Below are positions 53,556-64,000 of a stretch of DNA of 64,000 nucleotides, one piece after another. Made by a program: the position numbers and the translations under genes. How positions within the stretch are numbered: position 1 is the stretch's first letter; each line of letters begins with the position of its first letter. The notes below the pieces were generated by a model. The model ran no database searches. It was not told the origin of the DNA and worked only from the letters and a program-made list of their open reading frames with translations. The stretch is from Candidatus Bathyarchaeota archaeon (GTDB lineage Archaea > Thermoproteota > Bathyarchaeia > Bathyarchaeales > Bathycorpusculaceae): contig CAWDYC010000005.1 of assembly GCA_963806535.1 (NCBI GenBank), forward strand, positions 224,001 through 288,000. Direction: 5' to 3'.

Positions 53556-54741
53556 ATGAGCGCGTCAAATGAACTAGAAAAAGCAGCGACAGCTTATGCC
53601 CTAGATGCTGTACGCTTAGATAAACAAGGGCAAAAAGGCAGAGCCATAACCCTCTATCAAAAAGCAATTGAAAGCTTACTGCAACTTGTGCAGCTTTACC
53701 CTGAATACGGCTTGAACAAAGTTTACGTTCAAAGAGCCATCGCTTACCAAGAAAGAATCAAAGCTTTGCAAGGAGCAGTTTCTTCTACATGAAATGAATG
53801 AAGCTGCCAATAACGATAATGAAGGTGGTGGAGGAGCAACTATGGATGGTAACGGCGGAAACGGAAATGGAAAAAACGAAGAACTCGTAGTTACGGAAAA
53901 ACCTAATATTAGCTGGGGTGAAGTTGTCGGTTTAGATACCGCTAAAAAAGCAGTGAAAGAAGCCATTGTTTACCCAGTGCAAAGACCAGACTTGTTCCCA
54001 CTGGGTTGGCCACGAGGCATACTGCTGTTTGGTCCACCTGGTTGCGGCAAAACTTTGTTGGCGGCGGCGGTTGCAACAGAAATCGACGCTAACTTCTACT
54101 CTATCGATGCAGCATCAATCATGTCTAAGTGGCTAGGTGAAGCTGAGCAGAATGTTTCAAAATTATTTGGCACAGCTCGCAAATCAGCAATCGAAGGCAA
54201 ACCAGCCATCGTATTCGTTGACGAATTAGACTCGTTGATGGGAGCACACAATAACGAAGTCGGCGGAGAAATACGTGTCCGAAACCAATTCCTAAAAGAA
54301 ATGGATGGCATAGTTGACAAAGGCAAAAACCTTCACGTTTACGTTATCGGTGCAACAAACAAACCCTGGGACCTTGACTGGGCATTCATTAGACGTTTCC
54401 AAAAAAGAATTCTTGTTCCATTGGCAGATCACGCCACCAGACTAAGCATGCTTAAACTCTACTCAAGCACTCTAGCCATAGATACAGATGTAGATCTGCA
54501 TGAGTTAGCTCGGCTTGCTGAAGGCTTCTCAGGAAGCGACATACGGGACGTTTGCCAATCAGCACAGCTTAAACTTATCGGAGAATTCTTTGAATCAGGC
54601 AAAGCAATGGACAAAGAAGCAAAACCACGACTTTTGACTATGGCTGACTTCAGACAAATCCTTGAAGAACGTAAACCAAGCGTCTCCTTAGATATGCTGT
54701 CAGCATACAGTAGGTGGTTCGAGGCTTTCAAAGCCTTATAA
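53556..54741 (+). CDS. cdvC: Vps4-like AAA+ ATPase CdvC (frameshift near 53788)
   Basis: MIT domain 53556-53792; GPPGCGKT, SKWLGEAE, FVDE, ATNKPWDLD..RRF. Confidence 0.93.
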
Positions 54742-54771
54742 TCATGGAGGGCAAAAAACAAAACCAGAAAC

Positions 54772-54887
54772 GATGGGTTGGGTGGAAAGGTTTGGAGAAC
54801 AATTAATTTTTAGCACGCTCTCCCTTCTCCCCCTCAAACTATCTCCAAACCCCACAACCCAAAACCAACCCATCTTTTCCCTTTTTT
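54772..54887 (+). terminator. long hairpin plus T-tract after cdvC
   Basis: gatgggttgg/ccaacccatc and ggtttggaga/tctccaaacc nested inverted repeats, then ttttcccttttt. Confidence 0.5.
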
Positions 54888-55405
54888 AGTGGAACAAAAC
54901 GCATAATACTCTGTTTATTTTTACTCAAAAAGTTTAATCATTTGATATGATCATTGAGCTTATATTATAGCCCAAAAGCCGCCAAAGGTAGAAAACAGCT
55001 TTTTTTATGAAAACAGATCTCGGTGAACGATTTTAAACGTTATTTTGCCTCATGTGAGAAATGTAACTTCTTTTTTCTAAATACCTTTTGATAAGGTGTC
55101 TTTAGAATATTAAAGGCTTCGAGAATATTCGGAAACATCGATAGAAGAAAATCCTATAAATTCCTTCATTTTCAATTATAAACTTGAAAATTTCATTGCT
55201 ACCTCTTCATCACTGTTCCCTAAAACGTAGAACTGTGATAGCGAGTTGGCTTCTACCTTCTAATAACCCTTGTTTTTTTATTTCCTAAATTTCCTTAAAC
55301 AGCGAAGTCTAAAAAAATAATCAAAAAACCCTTTATCACTGGATTCGGGTACAAGTTAAAAACGGGAAACAAACCCCTTAAAAGGAAAACGTTGGTTGGG
55401 TCAAC

Positions 55406-55487
55406 ATTTGGCAGGACACTGAGGCTACTTAGCCCAACAAAATAGATCTTGCGTGTCTGAACCAAAACGTGCTTTGATCCGCCAAAT
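55406..55487 (+). ncRNA. candidate small structured RNA
   Basis: Terminal stem ATTTGGC(A)GGA/TCCGCCAAAT, TATA-like cttaaaag about 22 nt upstream, T-tract downstream. Confidence 0.35.
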
Positions 55488-55527
55488 TTAATTCCCTTTT
55501 TTTGTTCTTGCTTTTTTTCCGAATCGT

Positions 55528-56007
55528 TTATGGAGTGCTTTTCATTTCTTCTCTGAAGGTTTCTTCAAGCATTTTCTTGTTTATTCCTATTTCTTCTGCC
55601 AAGCGTTTAACTTGTTTTACGTAGGTTCGGAATAGGCTTTGGAGGATTTCGGCTTTTTCTTGTTCCGATAGCTCTTTTTCTTCAGCCATCAAAAGTGCAA
55701 ACCATTTGCCTAGGTTTGTTAGCTGGTAGGTTTTTACCCAGATGATTCTTCCTTCTTTCTCATCTTTTTCCATGCTTTCGTTTAGTACGCCGAGTTTGGT
55801 TAGGGTTTTTAGGTTTTCGATGATTGTCTTGTTTGAGTAGTTTAGTTGTTTCACAAGTTCTTTTTGGTAGATGTTTTTTGATATGCCTTGTTTGAGTGAG
55901 AATCTTAAGAGGTCTACGCCTGCTTTTGAACCGAAGATGGCGCTGAGAATCTTATCTTTTTTCTCGGTAGGAAGAAATACTACATAAGGATGTAACTTTT
56001 CAATCAT
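55528..56007 (-). CDS. winged-HTH transcriptional regulator-like protein
   Basis: YQKELVKQLNYSNKTIIENLKTL..LGVL, YQLTNLG; likely start MIEKLHP. Confidence 0.8.
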   Translation of the reverse strand: MIEKLHPYVVFLPTEKKDKILSAIFGSKAGVDLLRFSLKQGISKNIYQKELVKQLNYSNKTIIENLKTLTKLGVLNESMEKDEKEGRIIWVKTYQLTNLGKWFALLMAEEKELSEQEKAEILQSLFRTYVKQVKRLAEEIGINKKMLEETFREEMKSTP

Positions 56008-56259
56008 GATATTCCTTTTCTTAGAAGATAAGAATAACTTTTTACATTTAAGAATTATTCTTTTCTTCAACTGTGAATTGTTGAGAAAAACGATTTTGCT
56101 AGTTAAGATGGATGCTTATTTAGCGGTTGCTCCAATACCATAGCTTTTTTCTATTAAAATGGTTGGAATTTGGATTTTCAATTGAGGCTTGATTTTGAAA
56201 AACTGTTTTATACTACGAAGATGCTTTGTAAGAAATTATACGGATGAGGGCGAGGATTC

Positions 56260-57223
56260 ATGAGAAAAAGAGTATTATATCTTTTAATTGCAGTAATTGT
56301 TGTTTCTTTAACATTTTCTTCAGTTCCACGCAATACTTTGGCCAGCCTGAAGACATCAAAGTAACAAATTATTCTTATTATGTTGGCCCTTCCGGTATTC
56401 TTGAGGTTACAGGTGAGATTCAAAACGTCGGTGTAAACACTATTGACTCCGTAATCTTGCGGGGTTCCATAATTGATGAAAATGGAGCTTGACATAAGTG
56501 ATTCTGGCACTCAGGCTTGGGTTGCCTATATTGTTCCACAACAGAAAGCACCCTTTATCATGGAGTTTGCTCCGCCACAAGATGATAACGTTTGGGAACC
56601 GGGAGACGTTGCAAATATTCAATTAAGTGTGACTCAAGCGAATGCAACAAGCAAGTATCAATATCCAGATCTAAAAATCACAAGTAGCACACCATCAATC
56701 GGAACCAGTGGCGATTATAACGGCGCTTACGGCGTTAGTGGCGAAATTAAAAATACAGGGAGCCAAACAGCGACAAACCTCACGGTAGTTGCAGAATTTT
56801 TCAACTCTACAGGTTCAGTGGTTGGGGTAGGATACACAACTTACCTAACTCCTACTGACCTAGCTCCATCTGGAACAACTTCTTTCCAAGTTTATGCACT
56901 TGATTTAAACCAGTCGAAGTACCTTCATACCTGAAAATCGCAAGCTATTCACTTCTTGTTCAGACCCAACTGCCAATTCTTCAAGGATCAGCACCTATGG
57001 TTACTCCTTATCAAGGTAATGGCTCACCAGTTGCAAGCAATGACTCGACAACAGGTAATTCATCGTCTCCCAAATCTTTGAATCTGATGCTTATCGTGGC
57101 AGTAACAGTGTGTTGTTGTTTTGGCATTCGTTGTAGCTATTGTAGTTCTTAAAGAGACGTAAGCCTCAGGAATCAAAAATAGTTGTTGTTCCGAGAAAAA
57201 CAGGTTCAAGACGCGAAAGGTAA
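56260..57223 (+). CDS. secreted FxLYD-like domain membrane-anchored protein (several frameshifts)
   Basis: Signal peptide MRKRVLYLL, repeated V.GEI.N.G and AEFFN..G.VVG motifs, C-terminal TM. Confidence 0.7.
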
Positions 57224-57303
57224 ACGTTTCACCGCTCCACTCACAAGCTGTAGTCAAATGATATGTGCATTGTTTAAATATTTCTTTAGAGCACTGGTTG
57301 TTT

Positions 57304-58161
57304 ATGAGCTTTAGACCTCAAACTGGTTCACGAAGAAGTGCCGCTAGGCAATTCTCAAAGTCAGCACATGACAAGAAAGCGAAGGAAAAAAAGCAGCGTT
57401 CTGGCGGTAAATACGTTGAAGAGCAGGCTGAGATTTCAGCAAAAGAAGTTGTAGAAAAAACCCTCGGTACCCTAAGTAGGCTTGGTAATCAAATTTTTGC
57501 GCTTTCACCATTTAGTCAATACTTTGATGATTGGCTTGTTTCTCTAAAACAGGTTATTTCAGAATTCGAATCCAATCCAGCTATACAAGTTGATGAGCAA
57601 TTTATGAAGGAGCGTTCACAGATTTTTCTAGATGTCGAAGGCGCTCTTGCAGAAAAAAGACTCCAAGAAAACAACCTCTCAGATGAAGCAAAAGAGTTAG
57701 CTGATACTAACCACCTCATAGTGGAAACCGATAAGGAATATGCTGAAAAAACAAGAGAACGTAGCTTCAAACGAAACGCTGACGTTCAACGTTTAAGCAC
57801 TAAAATCCGCGAATTAGAAGAAAACTTTGCCACTCAGCAAGAAATTAAAATCAGCTTTTACAAGCTAAACGCACGTCGAAAAGCTGCACAACAACTTGCC
57901 CAAACACAACAAGAGCTAAAATCTACAAAAAACGAATTGCAGGTAACGCTTGAGAACTTCACTGCTGAACAGGAAAAAATGCATGATAACTACGAAAAAA
58001 GAAAACAAGAGCTAACCGAAAAATCCGATAGCTTACATAAAGAACTTGAAAAACTTGAAACCGACACATCTACAGAGCCAAGACAAGAAGCAACAAATGC
58101 TTTGGCAAACGCCATAAATGCTCTTATCCAAAGAACTCCTACGTCGCCTAAGCAAGCCTAA
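57304..58161 (+). CDS. long coiled-coil hypothetical protein
   Basis: Basic N-terminus MSFRPQTG, E/K/Q-rich heptad pattern. Confidence 0.75.
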   Translation: MSFRPQTGSRRSAARQFSKSAHDKKAKEKKQRSGGKYVEEQAEISAKEVVEKTLGTLSRLGNQIFALSPFSQYFDDWLVSLKQVISEFESNPAIQVDEQFMKERSQIFLDVEGALAEKRLQENNLSDEAKELADTNHLIVETDKEYAEKTRERSFKRNADVQRLSTKIRELEENFATQQEIKISFYKLNARRKAAQQLAQTQQELKSTKNELQVTLENFTAEQEKMHDNYEKRKQELTEKSDSLHKELEKLETDTSTEPRQEATNALANAINALIQRTPTSPKQA

Positions 58162-58192
58162 CAAAGACATTTGTAGCAGTAGCTAATGGTCG

Positions 58193-58405
58193 CTAACTAA
58201 TTTTAAGTTGGTTTGCGTTTGGCTGTTCTGACCCCATTAAAACTTTAAGAGATTTAACTTCTTCTCGTAGGGCAATAATCTCATTTTCTAATGCAGTAGC
58301 CTTTGCATCAGCCATTTTTTTAAGTCCTTCAATTTCAAGAATAAGATTTTTCTTTTCTGCTTCTAAATTTTTTATTTTTTCGATTGTCTTTTGAAGGCTA
58401 CTCAT
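58193..58405 (-). CDS. small coiled-coil protein
   Basis: 70 aa with continuous leucine heptads. Confidence 0.7.
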   Translation of the reverse strand: MSSLQKTIEKIKNLEAEKKNLILEIEGLKKMADAKATALENEIIALREEVKSLKVLMGSEQPNANQLKIS

Positions 58406-58617
58406 TTTCTCTATGCCCCTTTGCAGGTATTATTCTTCTTTTTACACTTAAGACTTTTGCAACACATTTGTCAAAATTTTACTTTTTGATTGCTGCTTAC
58501 TCGTTAGTTGTTCAAGACAGCGCTGATGTGTACATCGGCTATTTACGATGCAGTTTTATATTGGAATCTGCAACTTAACCTTGTTATATAGCGTCCATAT
58601 TGTTGGATTGTGTCTCG

Positions 58618-59968
58618 ATGAGAAAGACTATATTTAAGAAGTTAGAAGCTCAGGGGCTAATTGCAAATTACAATCGTTTAAGAAAGAATTTGCCGCCTAA
58701 ACTTCCTGACCACGTATTTATTTGGGATGAAACTTTCAGGGAAGGCATCAAGGCGCCGACAGTTTACTTAACTTACGTTGAGCAGGTTAGGCTGGCAAAG
58801 TTCATGGATGAAGCTGGCGTCGCCATAATTAACGTTGGTTTTCCAGCTATTTCTGAAGACGAAAAACGCAACGTCAAACGTATCATTAATGAAAGTTTCA
58901 GTCAATGCAAAACTCACAGCATCAGCTGAAGCAACCAAAAACAGCGTAAACGCCTGTTTAGAATGCGGCGTCAAAGAAATAACAATTGAATCACCCATAA
59001 ACGGTTTAAATCTTCAATACAAACTAAAAATAACAAAAGAACAAGCGTTACAAAAAATAGTTGAAAACATCGACTACGCAAAAAAACATGGAGCAACTGT
59101 CAATTTCGTTCTTATGGACGGCACAAGAACTCCGCTGGAAGACATACTTGAAGTTTTTGAAGCCGCAGCCAAAGCTGGAGCGATCCGACTGGCAATAGCT
59201 GACTCCGTTGGGTTCATGAGACCACTATCAATGCGTTACTTAATGTCACATATTCGTGATGGCTTACCAGATGCTATAAGAAAGAAAGTGCCGCTTTCAA
59301 TCCATTGTCATAATGATTTCGGCTTGGGATCAGCAAACACATTAGCCGCCATGGAAGAAGGTGTTCAATACCTGCATACATGCATTGCTGGCTTTGGTGA
59401 ACGCGCAGGAATAGCTCCCTTCGAAGAGGTTGTAACAGCAGCAGAATTGCTCTATAATATCGATACTGGAATAGATTTGGGAAAAATCTACCGTCTTGCT
59501 CAATCAGCTGAAAAAGCTTTTGCTCTGCCAATTCAATTCCATAAACCTATCATCGGCGAAAACATTTTCACTCATGAAGTTGAAGAAGACGTTGAGGAAA
59601 TGATGGCTCAACCCTTGGTTTTTGAGCCCTTCCCACCTGAAATCGTAGGCAGGGAAACAATGATTTTCATAGGCAGAAACACAGGTCAGACGCTTATTCA
59701 GAAGCTTCTGGAGAAAGCTGGAATCAGGGCTTCACCAAGACAAATGGATGAACTTTTCAGGCGCATTAAAGGTCCACAAGAAAGCTTAGACAAAGGCGAG
59801 GCTCAAATGACCTACTACCAAGTTAAAAAACTCATGAAAGACCTGCTGAAAGGTTACACTATGGAGGAGTTCTGGCGCTTAGTTGAGCAAGTAACAAGAC
59901 AAAAACCTAAACTGCCCACACCCAGCAAAAAACAGCCTCTTCAAACAGCTGATAAATTGATAATTTAA
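58618..59968 (+). CDS. divergent homocitrate/isopropylmalate synthase-like (DRE-TIM) protein (frameshift near 58905)
   Basis: DETFREG, IADSVG, HCHNDFG, GFGERAG. Confidence 0.8.
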
Positions 59969-60993
59969 CAGCAGTTAAATTGCTGTTTTATTTTCTCTAA
60001 TTCTTCTTTGTTTGGTTTTTTTGGGTAATTGTAGATGGGTCCACTTGGTTTTTCATTGTAAAAGGGGCGGTTGCAGTCTTTGCAGCCAGAAGTGAGAAAA
60101 GGCTCTGCAGATTCAATTATCGGTTTTAACTCTTGATTTGTTAATCCAAACCCAGTTATTTTGCCCTCATTCATCAAATTGCATAGCCATCAAATGTTGC
60201 CAAACCTTTAACAATTAAGTACCTCGCAAGCTGCACTCGCCGATACGATTCCAAGCTCGGCGGAGAACTGTTTTCCAAAGCTGTGCCGCGGATTGGAGTA
60301 AAAGCAAAAAGAGCTGGCAAAACGCTCATGTCAACACATTTTTGAATAATCTGCACTGCTTCTTTCTCTGTTTCACCTAACCCCACAATAATATGCGTGC
60401 TTACGTTTCCTTTTCCAAAAACTCTAAGGCTTCACTTAACATGCTGAACTGGTTTTCCCAACTGTAGGAGCCGCCTGCATCTTTGCCCTTAACTTTTTTG
60501 AATAAGGCTTCGGTTGCTGCATCCAACGCTATTCCTAACCTATCAACGCCTGCTTTTGCCAAAAGCTGAATGTTTTCTTTTGTTAAATGGCTGGCAAGAA
60601 ACCGAAACTGGAACGGTAGCTTGCTTTTTTATTTCCTTTACGAGCGCTTCAAGATGAGACAAAAACTTGTGGGTAATTTAGGGCTTGGATGCAGACCCGC
60701 TTAATTTTCCAATTCTCTGCACATGTCGCCAATTGCTTTTACCACATTGATGGTTGGAAAAGTTGGCCATGAAACTCTCGACAGCAATTCCGTGCTGCTT
60801 TTGCTTTCTCTGGCTTGAGGGCAGAAACCGCAGTTAGCCGTGCACTTGCCCTCTTTGTAAGTCATAAGGTATGCTGTTGTAGGCTCAGCATCTAACTTGC
60901 CGTTTAGTCAGTCCAAGAACTATAGCGGTACCTAATGAAACTCGAATCTGCTCTGGTAAATCCGTTTTATTTTAAGACTTTGTTTTCTGGCAA
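59965..60993 (-). CDS. radical SAM protein, LipS2-like archaeal lipoyl synthase subunit (several frameshifts)
   Basis: Manual translation: IRVSLGTA, PTTAYLM, CTANCGFCPQA, LSRVSWP, HIIVGLGETE, TSGCKDCNRP. Confidence 0.75.
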
Positions 60994-61040
60994 GCTCAGC
61001 ACCGAAATTAATGGAATAATAAGAAAATTGACTGAGTATA

Positions 61041-61560
61041 TTAGTTTAATTTGGAATCCCGTTTTCTTGCCAAGCTTATGATGCGACTTCCAAGCGAGAC
61101 TAAGAAAAATCCTACAAAAGCATATTGTACAAAACTGTAGGTTGCTTGAATGGGAAAAACAAGCGTTAAAACTATGCCTATGTACAACGCGCTTCCAATG
61201 TACTTGCCTATAGGATCATAGATTTTTTTGGCAAATGAGCTTGTCACCATAAATTGAACAAATGAAGCGGCTATGAGAAGCGGAAGCCAAATCGGGTAAA
61301 ATCCGTATGCTGTAAAAAGTGCAAATATGCCGATTACAAGGATAAAGTCTGTTGTTGCATCATAGTATGCGCCAAACCTCGATGTTGCCCCCAATTTCCT
61401 AGCTGAGTAGCCGTCAAAAAAGTCTGTGCAAGCTGAAAAAGCAAGCAGGATTAAGCATGGGACTATATTTGTTGGGTTGTAGAGGTAAACGAAAAGCGGT
61501 AGAACTGCGATTCTTAATGAACTTATGATAGTGGGAATCAGAATTATTTTCTTGCAAATG
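61041..61560 (-). CDS. CDP-alcohol phosphatidyltransferase
   Basis: In-frame upstream of the called ORF: IPTIISSLRI...TDFFDGYSARKLGATSRFGAYYDATTD signature; start uncertain. Confidence 0.85.
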
Positions 61561-61648
61561 TTTGCACTGAAATTTTGTTTGTTGTGATTATTGCAGATTT
61601 GAGATTAAATGGCTACCTATTAATTCCGAACTTTTCAGAAGTAAAGTT

Positions 61649-63027
61649 TTAGCGCATTGCTTCAAATGTAAAGTCAGTTAACCGCTCAAAAGGTTTGCCC
61701 AACAACCCATAACCCATTTTCCCAAGATATCGTCTGCCATAAAACTGCGCATGCGCTTTACCAATTGCAAACTTCAACTTTCCTTCACTAAACCCTGAAG
61801 CATAAAGCAACTTATGCCTAATCAAACGGTAGTTCTTCGGTTCCTCCCAATCCTCTAAAGCAACTCCTTTGTCCTTAACCCGTTCATAAAGAGGCGTTCC
61901 AGGAATCGGGTAAGGCAAAGTAAACGATAAATAATCAAGGGGCAAACCCGAAGCAAAACGCACAGTATCCAAAACTGTTTTGTCACTTTCACCTGGGTAA
62001 CCGACAATAAAGAAAGCTCCTGTTTTTAATCCAGCCGCTTTAGCTGCGTAAACTGCGCTTTTAGCCTGTGTCGTGGTGATATGTTTGTTCATCAGGTGTA
62101 AAACTGAGTCGTTGCCTGATTCAATTCCGAAGAAAACTCTCAAGACAACCCGCACGTTTCATTCCTTCTGCAACTTCTTTATCCATCGTATCCACGCGTG
62201 AAAGGCATTCCCAGCTAATATCGACTTTGCGGCGGACAAGTTCGTTGCATACATTCAGTACGTGTTTGCGGTTTAATGTGAAAGCAATCATCGGCAAACC
62301 AAACTCGATCATAACCCAAATCCGCAATCTGTTCCACTTCGTCGACGATGTTGTTGACGGAGCGGCTTCTAATTTCAGTGCCGAAAATTGGTCTGCTGCA
62401 AAAATCGCATGAAAATGGACAGCCCCTCGAAGTAATCATGGAGGAAGTGGAATAGCCAAACCGATCATGATAATATTTTTTGTATGCTTCATTATCAAAT
62501 AATTCTCGTGACGGAAAAGCTAAGCTATCCAAATCCTCGATAAACCCTCTTGGGTCAGTGTGAACTATGCGTTCTCCATCTCTGAAGACAATACCTTTTA
62601 CACTTGCAAACCCAACGCCCTGTGAAACGCAGTCAGCAATTTCAACCATGGTTTCTTCGCCCTCGCCTACAGCAACCACATCAAAAACGCCTAGAAAGCT
62701 TTCAGGCGACCAAGACGGCAAAGGACCACCAACCACAAACAAACCAGAATTCACCCCGCACTCTTTCTTAATGGCGGCTGCAAGCTCTAACGTTGTTTTC
62801 TTCATCGAAAACATTGAGTAAAAACCAACAATTTGCGGTTTAGCTCGTTTTACCCGTTCAACAGCTTCGCAAAAGCTTGTAAAAGTGCAATCAACTAAAT
62901 CTACTTCGGCTCCATGTTTTTTGAGAGCAGCGGCAATGTAGCCTAAGCCTAAGGGTGGAAAACGAAAAATTGAATTATCATTAGCAGGATGAAAATATGG
63001 GTAAACCAAGGCTACTTTAATTGCCAT
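61649..63027 (-). CDS. B12-binding radical SAM protein (frameshifts near 62280 and 62140)
   Basis: PPLGLGYIAA, VGGP, TSRGCPFSCDFC, FADD, GIESG, PIPGTPLY. Confidence 0.9.
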
Positions 63028-63248
63028 TTCAGTTTTAAACCACCAAAATGAATATACAAAATTTTAAGTCAACAGGTCTTATGAAAATAGTCGTTTTATC
63101 CTTTAAAAACATTACAGTTAGAAAGCGCGAAATCGATTTTGCAATCTAAAGTGCAGGTGTTTGCGTTGGCAAAACTTATTATTGCACTTGAATTTTTACA
63201 TTCGGTTGAAAGCAAAATGCTTATGTCCTAAGTTCCCAGGCTGGTTGG

Positions 63249-63899
63249 ATGGCGAAATTAATAGATTTAGGATTCTTAAAGGGAGCAATTGCAGAAACCG
63301 TAGTTTCCACTTACGACGCTCATGGAAAACCGAATGCTGCTCCAATGGGTGTAGTCATGGAGGATGAACAACACATCTCCCTTAACCTTTTCAATTCATC
63401 AACAACCTTCAAAAACATTAAAGAAAACAGGTGTGCGGTTCTAAGTTTAACTAGCAACATTGAGGTTTTCTATAGAACTGCTTTCAAAGAAGCAAATCCC
63501 GATGGTGAATTGCCAAAAGAATGGTTTAAAAAGGCAAGCGTCGTAAACGCGCCAAGACTATGTTTGGCTGATGCATCCATTGAGGTTTCGATCAAGGAAC
63601 TTTTTCCCACTGATACAGGAAAAACCATAGCAGTCTTCAGAGTAAACTTGATCCAGGCGAAGCGAAAACTCCCTCAAGTTTATAACCGAGCTATGTCTCA
63701 GACGCTTGAAGCCATCATACATGCAACTCGTGTAAAGGCATTGATAAACGACGTAAATGAACAGAAGTGTGTTAACAAACTTTTAGAGATGATTTCCGAC
63801 TGCAGTGATGTAGTAAAGAGGGTAGCTCCAAACTCTTCTTACTCACTTATTATGGCTGATATGCTGAAAAGAATGGACTTGTGGCAGGAGAAAAAATGA
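63249..63899 (+). CDS. DUF447 family protein
   Basis: ETVVST..PNAAPMG, NRA...LEA.IHATR. Confidence 0.85.
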   Translation: MAKLIDLGFLKGAIAETVVSTYDAHGKPNAAPMGVVMEDEQHISLNLFNSSTTFKNIKENRCAVLSLTSNIEVFYRTAFKEANPDGELPKEWFKKASVVNAPRLCLADASIEVSIKELFPTDTGKTIAVFRVNLIQAKRKLPQVYNRAMSQTLEAIIHATRVKALINDVNEQKCVNKLLEMISDCSDVVKRVAPNSSYSLIMADMLKRMDLWQEKK

Positions 63900-64000
63900 G
63901 AGTACTGCTAATAACAGGTCTGATGGCAAAAAAGGACGTAGAACGTTACGCTAAAGAAAGCAATGTAGAAACCGAAGTCTTGGCTTTGAAAACGCCCGTC
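63896..64000 (+). CDS. dihydropteroate synthase-like protein, N-terminus only (runs off window)
   Basis: MRVLLITGLMA...VLALKTPV; ATGA overlap with the DUF447 gene. Confidence 0.6.
   Translation, partial: MRVLLITGLMAKKDVERYAKESNVETEVLALKTPV

Noticed and set aside
53556-53792. Stand-alone MIT protein separate from the AAA ATPase
   Set aside because: A single-base shift in the linker restores a normal Vps4/CdvC, and the region has many similar indels
54890-55370. Replication origin in AT-rich intergenic DNA
   Set aside because: No recognisable ORB repeats and no orc1/cdc6 gene in the window

Overview
AT-rich archaeal chromosomal window, most consistent with Bathyarchaeia (TACK). This is inferred from TFB, aIF1/SUI1, a crenarchaeal-type SSB, an ESCRT-III/CdvA/CdvB/CdvC cluster, a PEF-CTERM-like protein and frequent TTG starts. 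It holds about 60 mostly housekeeping CDSs and one tRNA-Gln(TTG). I found no CRISPR array, prophage or intact transposase. About 15 genes carry single-base frameshifts, clustered at about 2-5.6, 29.5-37.2 and 46-63 kb, which are most likely sequencing or assembly indels. Main observations: (1) a full-length thiolase lacking all three catalytic motifs, coupled to a DUF35::HMG-CoA synthase fusion; (2) a CysRS paralog with a rewired Zn site and no anticodon-binding domain (MshC-like architecture) directly behind a peroxiredoxin; (3) nine TGAC motifs at an exact 10-bp period downstream of uvrC; (4) a four-gene Cdv/ESCRT operon with a MIM2-like motif in CdvA, a divergent small membrane gene and structured flanks; (5) a candidate ~82-nt ncRNA. 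All functional calls come from reading motifs by eye; no database searches were run.
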